Assembly (NCBI RefSeq): GCF_963921235.1
Contig: NC_086116.1
Span: 51,336,001-51,400,000, forward strand
Reading direction: 5' to 3'
DNA: 64,000 nucleotides
Origin: Mobula hypostoma
Lineage: Eukaryota
Numbering within the stretch: the stretch's first letter is position 1; each line of letters starts with the position of its first letter. Shown in pieces: positions 12,153-24,361 of this stretch. The position numbers were made by a program, and so were the translations under genes. The notes beneath the pieces were generated by a model. It was not told where the DNA came from. It saw nothing but the letters and a program-made list of their open reading frames with translations, and did not search any database.

Positions 12153-14369
12153 TTTCCCAACCAAGTTTCCAATATCCCTTGAAAACCATGGCACGCTCAA
12201 ACTTTTAATCTTTCCTTTCAACCTAACAGGAACATAAAGATTCTGTACCCTCAAAATTTCACCTTTAAGTGACCTCCATTTCTCTATTACATCCTTCCCA
12301 TGAAACAAATTGTCCCAATCCACTCCTCCTGAATCCTTTCGCATCTCCTCAAAGTTAGCCTTTCTCCAATCAAAAATCTTAACCCTGGGCCCAGACCTAT
12401 CCTTCTCCATAATTATATTGAAACTAATGGCATTGTGATCACTGGACCCGAAGTGCTCCCCAACACACACCTCTGTCACCTGACCTCTCTCATTCCCTAA
12501 CAGGAGATCCAACACTGCCCCTTCTTTAGTTGGTACCTCTATGTATTGCTGCAAAAAACTATCCTGTACACATTTTACAAACTCCAAACCATCCAGCCCT
12601 TTTACAGTATGGGCTTCCCAGTCGATGTGTGGAAAATTAAAATCTCCCACAATGACAACCTTGTGCTTACTACAAATACCTGCTATCTCCTTACAAATTT
12701 GCTCCTCCAATTATCGCTCCCCATTAGGTGGTCTATAATACACCCCTATAAGTGATATTACACCTTTCCCATTCCTCAATTCCACCCAAATAGCCTCCCT
12801 AGACGAGCCCTCTAATCTATCCTGTCAGAGCACCGCTGTAATATTTTCTCTGACAAGCAATGCAACACCTCTCCCTCCTGTCCTTCCGATTCTGTCACAC
12901 CTGAAGCAACAAAATCCAGGAATATTTAGTTGCCAATCACACCCCTCCTGCAACCATGTTTCACTAATAGCTACCACATCATACTTCCAGGTATCAATCC
13001 ATGCTTTAAGCTCATCCATCTTTCTTATAATGCTCCTGGCATTAAAATAAATGCATTTAAGATACTTCCCACCTCTTACTCTCTGTTTATCACTAACGGT
13101 GCAAACAACTTTACTATTTCCTTTTACTTCCTTCTCCCCTACATCTGTTCCTACACTCTGGTTCCCCTCCCCCCTTGTATCTAGTTTAAATCCACTGGAG
13201 CCTCTCTAGCAAACCTACCTGCAAGTCCAGTTCCGATGTAAGCCATCCTGCCGGAACAGGCCCCACCTTCCCTGGAAAACTGCCCAATTATCTATAAATC
13301 TGAAGCCCTCCCTCCTGCACCATGCCTTCGGCTACGTGTTGATTTGTGCTATCTTACTATTTCTAAACCGGCCTGCACTTGGCACTGGTAGCAATCCTGA
13401 GATTGCTATCATGGAGGTCCTGTCCTTTAACTTGGCGCCTAACTCCCTAAACTCATCTTTCAGACCTCCTCACTCTTCCTACCCACGTCATTGGTCCCTA
13501 CATGGACCACCACATCCGGCTGCTCACTCTCCCTCTTGAGAATACTGAGAACTCGATCCGAGATATCGCGGACCTTGGCACCAGGGAGGCAACAGACCAT
13601 CCGGAATTCCTGATCTCTTCCATAGAACCTGTTATCTGTCCTCCTAGCTATTGAATCCCGTATCACTACTGCTCTCCTCTTTTCCCTCCTTCCCTTCTGA
13701 GCTGAGGGTCCCGTCTCAGAGACCGACCAGAGACGCAACCACTGCAACTTGTCTCTGGTAGGTCATCCCCATCAACAGTATCCAAAACCATGTACTTATT
13801 ATTGGTGGGAACGGCCACAGGGGTGCTCTGCTCATTCTGTCTATTCCCCTTCCCCCTCCTGACAGTCACCCAGCTACCTGTCTCCTGACTCTTAGGGGTG
13901 ACTATCTCTCTGTAACTCTTCTCTATTTCTGCCACTGCCTCACGAATGATCCGAAGTTTATCCAGCTCCAGCTCCTGTTCCCTAACTCAGCTTGTCAGGA
14001 GCTGCAGCTGGATGCAGCTTTTACGGGTGTAGTCGTCAGGGATGATTGTGCTTGCCCTGACTTCCTACATACTGCAAACGGAGCATTCAACTGCCCTGAC
14101 TGCTGCCTCCATTACCTACTCCTAAGGTAATTAAATTAATTAAAGGAACTTACCTGGCCTTACCTCACTTGGAGTGAAGCTCATCCTTCAGCCTCTGCTC
14201 ACCGAAGCCTCTTGAGCCAAAGCCTTCCTACTCTCTCTCCCACTACTCTGTCGCCCGCTACAATGTCCAAATGATTTGATGTAGAATCGATTGGGGCCTC
14301 AGAACTCACTCCTACTCTAATTATCTTCTTTTTTCTATCCTTAATTTATCTTGCTTCTCTGTAAACATA

Positions 14370-16047
14370 CACTCAGTGGCCACTTTATTAACTTCACGCA
14401 AATTGTTAATGCAAAGATCTAATCAGCCAGTCAGCAACTCAATGCATAAAAACAAACATACATAGAACCATAGAAACCAGCACAGAAACAGGCCCTTTGG
14501 CCCTTCTTGGCTGTGCCGAACCATTTTCTGCCCAGTCCCACTGACCTGCACACGGACCATATCCCTCCATACACCTCCCATCCATGTATCTGTCCAATTT
14601 ATTCCTAAATGTTAAAAAAGAACCTGCATTTACCACCTCGTCTGGCAGCTCATTCCATACTCTCACCACTCTCTGCGTGAAGAAGCCCCCCCTAATGTTG
14701 CCTTTAAACTTTTCCCTCCTCATCCTTAACCCATGTCCTCTGGTTTTTTTCTCCCCTTGCCTCAGTGGAAAAAGCCTGCTTGCATTCACTCTATCTATAC
14801 CCATCATAATTTTATATACCTCTATCAAATCTCCCCTCATTCTTCTACGCTCCAGGGAATAAAGTCCTAACCTATTCAACCTTTCTCTGTAACTGAGTTT
14901 CTCAAGTTCCAGCAACATCCTTGTAAACCTTCTGTGCACTCTTTCAACCTTATTAATATCCTTCCTGTAATTTGGTGACCAAAACTGAACACAATACTCC
15001 AGATTCGGCCTCACCGATGCCTTATACAACCTCATCATAACATTCCAGCTCTTATACTCAATACCTTGATTAATAAAGGCCAACGTACCGAAATCTCTCT
15101 TTACCACCCTATCTACCTGTGACACCACTTTTAGGGAATTTTGTATCTGTATTCCCAGATCCCTCTGTTCCACTGCACTCCTCAGTGCCTTACCATTAAC
15201 CCTGTATGTTCTAACTTGGTTTGTCCTTCCAACGTGCAATACCTCACACTTGTCTGTATTAAACTCCATCTGCTATTTTTCAGCCCATTTTTCCAGCTGG
15301 TCTAAGTCCCTCTGCAGGCTCTGAAAACCTTCCTCACTGTCTGCTACACCTCCAATCTTTGTATCATCAGCAAATTTGCTGATCCAATTTACCACATTAC
15401 CATCCAGATCATTGATATAGATGACAAATAACAATGGACCCAGCACTGATCCCTGTGGCACACCACTAGTCACAGGCCTCCACTCGGAGAAGCAATTCTC
15501 TACCACCACTCTCTGGCTTCTTCCATCGAGCCAATGTCTAATCCAATTTACCACCTCTCCATGTATACCTAGCGACTGAATTTTCCTAACTAACCTCCCA
15601 TGCGGGACATGGTCAAGAGTTTCAGTTATCGTTCAAACCAAACATCAAAATGGGGAAGAAATGTGATCTAGTGACTGTGTCTGGAATAATTGTTGGTGCC
15701 AGATGGGGTGGTTTGGGTATCTCCGATTTTCACACACAACGGTCTCTGGAGATTACAGAGAATAGTGCAAAAAAAAACAAAAAATCCAGTGAGTGGCAGT
15801 CTGTGGGTGAAAATGACTTCTAATGAGAGAGGTCAGAGGAGAATGGTCAAGGCAGATTCAAGCTGACAGGAAGGTGACAGTAACTCAAATAACCATGTGT
15901 TACAACAGTGGTGTGCAGAAGAGTATCTCTGAATGCACAACATGTTGAACCTTGAAGTGGATAGGCTACAGCAGCAGAAGATCACAAACATACATTCAGT
16001 AGCTACTTTATTAGGTACAGGAGGTACATAAATGTGGCAATTGAATG
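14370..16047 (+). mobile_element. Internally deleted Tc1-like element, split by a CR1 insertion
   Basis: TA|CACTCAGTGGCCACTTTATTA and a decayed right TIR ...ATGTGGCAATTGAATG|TA. Remnant N-terminal transposase MGKKCDL...IVGARWGG at ~15650. Confidence 0.75.
14455..15610 (-). mobile_element. CR1 LINE 3' part (RT)
   Basis: ORFs 15273-15554 (GVPQGSVLGPLLF, FADDTK) and 14439-15269. (GGTTCTAT)-type tail. Confidence 0.92.
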
Positions 16048-16824
16048 TATTAATACTATTCATCAGTGTTGCTTGTGGAAGGTTGTTCCATATTATAACT
16101 TTGGGTAAAGATGGTTCTCATGAATTCCTTACTGGAATTTATGGAGTTTGATTTAGTTAACACTACAAGTAGAAACATTCCCTCCATGCCTTTCTTATTG
16201 AAAGCAAATCTGCACCAGGGCAGGCCACCCTTCATCCCTTCATTACCTGACTTTCAGGATAGGATGCTTTGGAAAGCTCTTGCATTTATCTACCACCAAA
16301 CCCAGGGCAATCTCCACTCAGCACCAGATCCTCATTCATTCCCTTCTTCATACTGAAGCCTCAGGATAAGCACCACCTTCCAGACCCCCAGAATAATTCC
16401 ATCATCTTCCCAAAAGTGTTATTTCCTTAACACAAAAGGAAAGCCACAGGAACTTACTTGTCTGCATCAACTCTTGAACTGTGTTTCTGGCAGGGATAGA
16501 TTTATTTCCTGTGGGAAAAGCAGCCACTAGTTGAAAATGGAACTGAATACCTAGCTGCTACTCCATTACTCAAATGAGAATGAATTTCTAGGCAATGGAA
16601 TCTATAGCAAAGCAGGCAATTTCTACCCAACAGATTTATATTTGACTGTTTATACTCAACTCATGGGGGCGTGAAACATCGGGACAGCAGACGGTGTGTG
16701 CAGCTGATGGAAGAAGGCCCCTGTACTCGAGCAATCCCTTTCTGTCTCTCTCTCTCTTGATGAAGTGGGGGAGCCTGTCGGTCCCCAGGTCGGGGGTCTT
16801 GGAGAAGCGACACAGAAGATTGTA

Positions 16825-16970
16825 AGCTACACATATCAAAGTTGCTGGTGAATGCAGCAGACCAGGCAGCATCTCTAGGAAGAGGTACAGTCGATGTTTC
16901 GGGCCAAGACCCTTCGTCAGGACTAACTGAAAGAAGAGCTAGTAAGAGATTTGAAAGTGGGAGGGGGGAT
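16825..16970 (-). mobile_element. Penelope-type terminal fragment with hammerhead motif (16888-16925)
   Basis: Minus strand reads UAGUC-CUGACGA-A-GGG(UCUUGG)CCC-GAAA-CAUC-GACUG. Near-identical to 34240-34390. Confidence 0.72.
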
Positions 16971-17354
16971 TGTAAAAAGGGAACAGTGAGCTGCTGGTCT
17001 CCCACTCTCATTGTTGCAGGAGCAATCTCTCTCCCTCGCTGGCGAGAGACAGAGAGCCTGTATGAGATACCGAAGTGCTGAGATATGTACTGTAGATTTT
17101 GATATAGTCGGTCAAGGTGTCTGGGGGCTTTTGCTATTGCTTGCATGGTGGGGTGGTTGGGGGTCGGTGCTTCTGGTGCAAGTGAGGGGAGGGGGAGGGT
17201 CGATGCTTGTGCGTGGGAAGGGGAGGGAGGCTTTGGAGTTCTGATATTACTATCATTCATTCTTTGGGGTTCTTGTTTCGTGGATGTCTCTGAGGAGTAA
17301 GAATTTCAGGTTATTTACTGCATACATTCTCTGATGTGAAATTGAACCATTTCA

Positions 17355-18345
17355 ACTCTAAACTCAAGATTCAAGTTTTATTATCAAAGCGTGTGTAAAT
17401 TATACAACCTTGAGATTTGCTTGCTCATGGGTAGCCACAAAGCAAGAAACCCCAAAGAACCCAATTAAAGAAGAAAAGAATAAAAATAAAAGAGCAACAC
17501 TTGATGCGCAAGAGGAAGAAAAAATATTTTAACAAATCAAGCAAACAATTGAAGTGAACAACAATATTTGAACAACAATATTCCGAACCAAAACAGAGTC
17601 CTCAGATCCGAACCCTGGAGTAGGTCCAAAGCCTCGCTTATCACAGTTCATCATGTCAGCAGCACGGAGCACAACAGCCGGGGCAGTCTGCTTGGCCTCA
17701 GCACCATGGTGATGACCATCACAGAGAATGAATGAAATTGGCTCTCACTTCAAATCTTGGCACCCTGTCTTTTCAGACTTTCTGGGCCAGCGTTTAAATT
17801 GACTCAACAATGGAACAGCGAAAGGCTTTGGTGACTTGGAGTGAGGAATGAAGATCATGGAGAGCGAGCTAAATTGGCTCTTGCCTCCCATCTGGCTCAG
17901 TGTTTAAATTGTCTAAACAGCGAAATTTACCTCGCCCTAGGACGCAGCTGCAGCGAAGGACTCCGGGCCCAGATTTCATCACCCAGCCTAAAGCCACTCA
18001 AGCTTTTCAAATCAGCTCGGTGCCCAGAGCAATCTGACCTCGCACCTGAACAAGTGGAACGAGCTCTGAATCTTCTCTGCCTGCACCCCGACTTCTTTTG
18101 GCTCTCAGTGTGAACAACCTCGCTCCTGGGCCAGCCGTATGGGCATCAGAACTGCATTTGCAATGATTCTGTAACACACCATCTCGCCTCACCATTGCTC
18201 ACCACTTCACTGTTTGTGGCAATAATATAACACAATTTACCCCAGAAAAGGTAGTTTTAGTGAATTTAAAAAAAATTAGATTCCTTACCTTTTTGACTAC
18301 TAGAAGCTGTCGCACATGTTTGGTGGTGCAATCTTAACTGGAAGC
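17355..18345 (-). mobile_element. ~1-kb non-coding, non-autonomous retroelement (family B)
   Basis: 5' end CTTCCAGTTAAGATTGCACC, read as a decayed CTTCCGGTTAAGATGGCG; (TCTTGA)-like tail. Related copy at ~29945-30760. Confidence 0.6.
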
Positions 18346-18781
18346 TCTTCCCACCCATTAACCAAGCTCATCAATGTATCCTTTCACTGTTTTTTAAAAA
18401 ATCTCTTGGTGGTTTATCAAGCTTTTCATTCAATGTAGCCATAAATCATCTACTCTTTGAGGGAGTGAATTCCATATGGCCACAATTCTTTAATTTTGTT
18501 TGTTCAATTTTTTTACATCAGACATACTGGAACATCATTCTACCAAACAAGTTTAAACCTCAGCCTGCCTTTTAAAATTTACTCTCTCCTATACCTGTGT
18601 CATTGTCCATGTCATTTCCTGTTGTTCATTACAGTTATTAGCATAACATTAATTGCTTAGATACCAGTATGGACACCTCACCAGAATGCAGGGAGCCTGG
18701 GGTTTTGATACCCTTTTCTTGTTCTCTTCATATTTTTGTCTACATTTTACAAAACTTGTGAATAAGACTTACTGAAAATCC

Positions 18782-19229
18782 ATGAGAATGGAGCGAAAAC
18801 TCAACATGGACACCCAGCTGCAAAACTTCTGGAAGGAAAGTATGACAAAAGAAGATCTGCTGAGATTTTGTTGGTTGAGACATTTCAAAGGAGACCTCAG
18901 CAAGCCACCAGCAAGAGTGACTGAACGCAAGAAGGTACCCACACTGCCGCATGGAGGCTTCCAGATACAGGATGCAGCAGTGCAGGGAAAAGAGGGGGGC
19001 CCATCCAAGGAGGTAAAACAGAAGAAGTTAAGAGCTAAGGAACAAGCTCCAACTGTGTCCATGAGCGATATGAGGCCAGTCACCCCTGAGGTTCGGGCCC
19101 TGCTGTATGACGGGTTCTCAAAGGAGGATAAAGGCAGATACCAATACCTTAAAGCCCGAAAGAAGAAAGGGCCCAGTGAGAAATATGAGTACCCTCTCAC
19201 TACTTCCTGGAACTATGGCTGGAAAATAG
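18782..19229 (+). CDS. SPMIP1: ATP6V1F neighbour / sperm microtubule inner protein 1, coding exon 1
   Basis: Motifs TQLQNFWKE and MRPVTPEVRALLYDGFSKEDKGRYQYLKARKKKGPSEKYEYPLTTSWNYGW resemble ATP6V1FNB/SPMIP1. Lies downstream of ATP6V1F on the same strand, as in human. Donor G|gtgaga, phase 1. Start Met is ambiguous (18782, 18788 or the later MDTQ). Confidence 0.85.
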
Positions 19230-19809
19230 GTGAGAGTCTGTTGGCCAGGCTAATTAGCAGAGATGAGATCTATTTTGCTGGGCAAAGGTAATTTGTTTCC
19301 TTACAGGATTAGATGAAGGACAGGAATAGGTTTCCAAATTGATACTCATTGGTCAGAACTGCTTGAGAGGAGATGGGGGTCAAGATCTTTTACACAGGGA
19401 GAAGTTAATGGCAGTGTTAAAACACCAGAAGGGCTGCTGATCCCACTGGTAACAAGATTTATCACAGACAGCAGATGAACTTCTCTGTGAAGCCATCAAT
19501 CTAGCATTGTCCAAAGCACCACGGGCCTGGACTTCATTCCAATCCAGGTACACAACATTCTTTTTTGGAGCATTGCTATTCTCTTCATTTGAGATAGGAA
19601 CAAAGTTTCATCTATTTTGAGTTGAATATGGTCTGTCTGCCTTCATTATAGTTTAATTCCACACTCCTAATAAAATTTTATTTTTAATTTGGTTACTCTC
19701 AAACATTGGAGCACTTCCATCAAATACTTCTAAAGCAGGTACTGCATGGACTAAGAACCACGTAAAGTCCTTTCAGTATTGACCCTCTGTGAGATTGAAG
19801 ATAATTACA

Positions 19810-21770
19810 GAAAATTATAATGATGAGCCAGAAATTAAAATTTTGAATTAGGGGGGAGGCTCACTTCAATATAAGAGGGGACCTGACAAAAATAGACTGG
19901 AAGCACTACTTGCAAGTAAATTTACATCCAATACATGGGAATGATTTACAAGTGAAATAGTGACAGTTCAGCACCAATACTTAGAGAAGGTTAAAAGGGC
20001 GGTAAAACATCATGGTCTGAAGGGCCTGTACTGTGCTGTAACATTCTATGTTTTAATACATTCCCATAGAGTGAAAGGTAACACCTTGATATCAAATGAT
20101 ATCGAGGCTTGGATAAAGGAAAATAGGTGGTATTAAGAATCAAAAACAGTGGAGGCCTTTCAGGAGTGTAGAAAGTGTTCAGGAAGGCAAAGAAGGTAAG
20201 CAAGATTAAGAAAATCCAAAAGCATTTCAGAAGTACAGTATGTGAGGGACTGGAGTGTTAATCTTTGTTTTTAAATCAGATGAAGTAGCTGAAGTCATAA
20301 ATAATCCCCATCCATATTCACAAGAAGGCAGAGAGTGAAATTCTGGAATGTGTTATCATTCCAAAGGTATTAGGTGAGTTAGAGGGCTTAAAGGTGCATA
20401 AGCGCCCAAGGCCTGAAGAAATGTATTCCAAGTTGTTACGGGAGGCAATAAAATCATCATGATTTTATTAATGGAAGAGCATGTTTGACCAATTTGAAGA
20501 CTTAATAAAATGAATTGATATCGGCAGTGCAGTTGGCACGCTATACATAAAGTTCAGAAAAGCATTTGACACGTTCTCATAAAATAGGTTTAACAATAAG
20601 AGTCAGGTTAGAAGGTTATTTTTGTGATTGGAAGCCTGTGATCAGTGTTTGAACCCTTGACATTTATTGTAGACATTAAACTCAGCATATCCATAGAATA
20701 GTAACTATAACAGGATTAACCAGAGTGCAAAAGACAAACTGTGCAAATGCAAATATAAATAAATAATGAGAATATGTGATAATGAGATCCAGTCCTTAAA
20801 GTGAGATCATTGGTTGTGGAAACATCTTAACAGATGGACAAGTGAGTGTGGTTACCCCCTTTTGTTCAACAGTCTGATGGTTGAGGGTTAGTAACAGCTC
20901 TTGAACCTGGCAGTGCAAGTCCTGAGGCTCTTGTACCTTCTACCTGATGACAGCAGTGAGAAAAGAGCATGGCCTGGGTGGTGAGGATCTTTGATGATGG
21001 ATGCTGCTTTCCTATGACACTGTTTCAAGTAGATGTGCGCAGTGGTTGTGAGGGCCTTACCCGTGATGTACTGGGCCGAATCCACTACCCTTTGTAGGAT
21101 TTTCCGTTCAGAGGCATTGGTGTTCCCATGCTAGGCTGAGAGGGAGCCAGTCAGCACACTCTCCACTACACATCTATAGATGTAATAATGATTTAGATAT
21201 GATTGCAGGATGAATAATTTGTAAATACGCAGGCAAGACAAAACTTAGTGGTGCTGCTGAGGAGGATAGCCTTGGGCAATACGACAATACTGATATATTG
21301 GTAAGATGGAGCAGTGTCTGGTTTATGTACTTTCGAGGACTAATAAGAGTGGGACAAGCACAATAAATCATGTAGGGTCCTGGGAGTATTAGGAAACACA
21401 AGAATCTTGGTTTACAAGTTCAATAATCTCTGATGGTGGGGCATAGAATATGAGCATGGAGGTTATTTTGTAACTTTATAAAACATTGGCTAGGTCATAT
21501 CTGGAGTACCTTGTGTATAGTTTTGGTTATCACACTATAGGAGAATCATGACTGCTGGAGGGTGCAGAGGTGGTTCATCAAGATATTGAGTGCTTCATTT
21601 ATGGGCAGAAGCTTGATCTTCTGGGTTTGATTTCCTTGGAGCAAAGGTGGTGAAGGGTTTTGGGGGGAGAGGGGGTACTTCATAAAGGTATACAAAACTA
21701 TGAGGGTTACATAGGAGAGACAATGGAAATTTTTTTCCCATAGCGGGTGTCTGAAACTAGAGGGTATTGG
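19810..21770 (+). mobile_element. Old degenerate CR1 with a nested Rex1-like piece (~20690-21180, minus)
   Basis: Decayed FRKAFD and HLEY-like motifs. Nested ORF 20888-21085 carries ASIIKDPHHPGHALFS. Confidence 0.6.
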
Positions 21771-22878
21771 GGCCTCTTGTTGGTTGGGGTTGATTTTAGA
21801 TGTTGTGTCCCAGCTGTCTACATGACACACAGGCCAGTGCAGTGCGATATGGAGAGCAAGCTGTTGCCCCTGCATCAGGCTCTCCCTCTCCATGCTGGAA
21901 CAGCAGTGACCCATACCAACGGTGTCACAGGAGTTGCCTGTTATCATAGAACTCAAACGAGGACTGCCTTAGGGACATCAGCTCCAGAATTTTCTGTGGG
22001 GTTTACTCCTGAAGCCTTCCCCACGAGTGGGTATAGCTGCAAGGCTGCGGAAGTTTGAGATCAGAGTTTTCCTTCTCCTATATTCAAGATTCAGGATTAT
22101 TCAATATCATTTTCTGCCCACACCTGTAAAGGAGAATGAAATAATAGATGAGCTGCTAGCCACAGTTGTCTGGGACCCCATCTGCCTTTGCCGCTTCTGT
22201 TAGTAGAAGCAGTTTTGCCAGGCTAAGTCACGTGTGAAGGCCAGGAGCTGGACTTGGTTGTCACAAGCTTTCTGAGGCGTGCACTGTTAGGAGCATTTAA
22301 TAGATAGTTGTGCTTATCACCACTACCCCAGCTATAACAACGTTCAGGGGGGTATAGACTTAGGTTAAAGGGTTTGCGGTGTATAGGGGATTAGTGAAGG
22401 AATCTTTTCAACCGGAGGGTGGTTGGAATCAGGAACACACACAGCCCTAGGGATTAGTGGATTCAGACACCCACACAATGTTAAGAAATACTTTGACTAC
22501 TTGAATTACCAAAGAATAAAAGGCTACAGACCAAGTCTGCTAAATGGATTAGTATAGAAATTCACTTGTTTGTTGCCTAGGACATGTTGGTGGAAGGGCG
22601 TGCTTTTGTGCAGCTTTAACTAGATTTTTGTTTTCAATCTCAGAGCAACAAAACTCATGCCCTGGAGCTGAAGTGATTATACTTGTGCCAACTGGTGTTG
22701 TATTGGGAACCACAGGACTTGGAGAGTGAGCCATGCTCTGACCTGTGCTGTGTATCTCAACCCTGAGGCCAGTGCTCATCCAAGTGTATATTATTGTGCA
22801 ACCTGTATCAGGAAGGAGTGAGCACCTGCAGCAATGGGATGAGTGGTTCAATCAATTGCTGTGCTTCTTTCCTAACAG

Positions 22879-22994
22879 AGGATAACGCTGAGTACAAGAA
22901 ACCAGGCTTTGGGCGATCAGCCTTGGTGGAAACTACTTTCTACCGAAGAAATGGGATCTTCAGTGAACCAGAAGCAAGTGATGTCATGAATTGA
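22879..22994 (+). CDS. SPMIP1: SPMIP1/ATP6V1FNB coding exon 2
   Basis: Acceptor ttctttcctaacag|AG, phase-compatible with exon 1. Encodes (E)DNAEYKKPGFGRSALVETTFYRRNGIFSEPEASDVMN*. Confidence 0.85.
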
Positions 22995-23178
22995 TGGACT
23001 GTGCAAGTTCTGAAATCAAGATGGCTTACAGGGCATATCGTCAGATGGAATTCGGCTCCAGGTTACTGTTATGATATAAGACAAGAACTTTGGGCTGTTC
23101 CATTGGTCCAAGAGATGTGTGAGTCAATCAATAATTCAAATTACCTTGAATCTTCACAGATCCTGAGATAAACAGTCT

Positions 23179-23184
23179 AATAAA
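23179..23184 (+). terminator. Probable SPMIP1 poly(A) signal
   Basis: AATAAA ~185 nt after the stop codon. Confidence 0.55.
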
Positions 23185-23809
23185 ACATCAAAAAAAATTA
23201 CAGGGGCATGGTTTTTATTTTGGGGTCGTACAAAGAATGTCAGCTCTCCATTCACGGAAAAAGAGTTGCATTCTTGGCGGGATAGTTGAACTCTCTAAGA
23301 TCTGAACATAGGAGTCACATTATGTGAAGGAAAGTTAATTCCTCTGAGAGACTGTTATCGTCTCTGAGGTAGATGTGCATTGTCAAGGAAAGGAAGCCTC
23401 TGATAGTCATATTCCATAGTTACATTCTCTGAGAATCACTTTTTAGACACGGGTATTCTGAGGAGTCACACTGTCCAACAGAGAATTGCATTCTCTGGAG
23501 ATAAATTCCACTCCAAAGAATGGTATTTTTAGAGGAAGCGTTCACTTTCTTTGGCAGACCCAAGGAAATTGCAATCTTTGTTAGAGAGTTGTATTCGCTA
23601 CTGCTGAAACCCCATTCTTCAGCTTTGAAAGGGAGTCATTACCCCCAAAGGGCATGAACACATTCTGAGCAAAAGTCAAATATGAGAGGTGGAGATTTGT
23701 TCTTGATTCACATTCTCAGCAAGTCACATTTCGTAAGAGGGTTATAGAGCAAGCAGCATTCTTTAATAAATTTGTTGCATGACAGAGACAGTGGATGCTC
23801 CATAGTTAT

Positions 23810-24361
23810 AGCACTGTGCAAAAGTCTTAGGCACATATATATGGCTAGGGCATCTAAAACTCTTGCACAGTACTATATCTGTCAACACAGAGCAGAGATT
23901 GAGTTTGTAAATCTAGCAGGAGCAAAGGATGTTGGGAATGGCGAGAGTGGAGCACCACCGAAGGGGTGTGGGACAGATGGCAGAGAGGGAATGCCAGTGG
24001 TGGGGGTGGGGGGGTGGTGGCCCAGATGCAGTAACACCCAGCTCTGAGATACCAGGCAAGGGGTCATTTGATTCAAAACAATTGGTTTACTGATCATTAC
24101 GGAATGTCTCTCTGGTGCTTGCCGCTCCCTCTCCTCTTCCTTCTGCTTTTCCCAACATGATTCCCCTCTCCCTGCCCCCTTCCCACACTCATTCTACAAT
24201 AGAGTCCTTTGTAAGAATCAGGTTTATCATCACTCATGTCATGAAATTTGTTTTTATTTTGCGGCAGCAGTACAGTGCAATGTATAAAATTACTACAGTA
24301 CTGTGCAAAGGTTTTAGGCACCCTAGTGCATACATATATAAGTGTTTTGCACAGTACTGTA
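23810..24361. mobile_element. Tc1/mariner-type MITE(s)
   Basis: Repeated (CAGTA)CTGTGCAAAAGTCTTAGGCAC-like ends with inverted TTGCACAGTACTGTA and a TA flank. Confidence 0.55.

Larger units (their letters stand above)
9362..14270 (-). mobile_element. Near-full-length defective CR1 LINE (ORF1, endonuclease, RT)
   Basis: ORF1 from ATG 14112 with CSVC zinc finger and SGNH-esterase-like VVVHVGTND. APE endonuclease motifs VAISETW, VGDFNFP and SSDH. RT motifs YIDFSKAFDKVPH and YADDTK. (GTTATATG)-like tail. Multiple stops and frameshifts, and two nested inserts. Confidence 0.93.

Noticed and set aside
16640-16815. Possible LTR fragment on the minus strand (starts TGTCGC)
   Set aside because: No matching CA end or target duplication could be identified.
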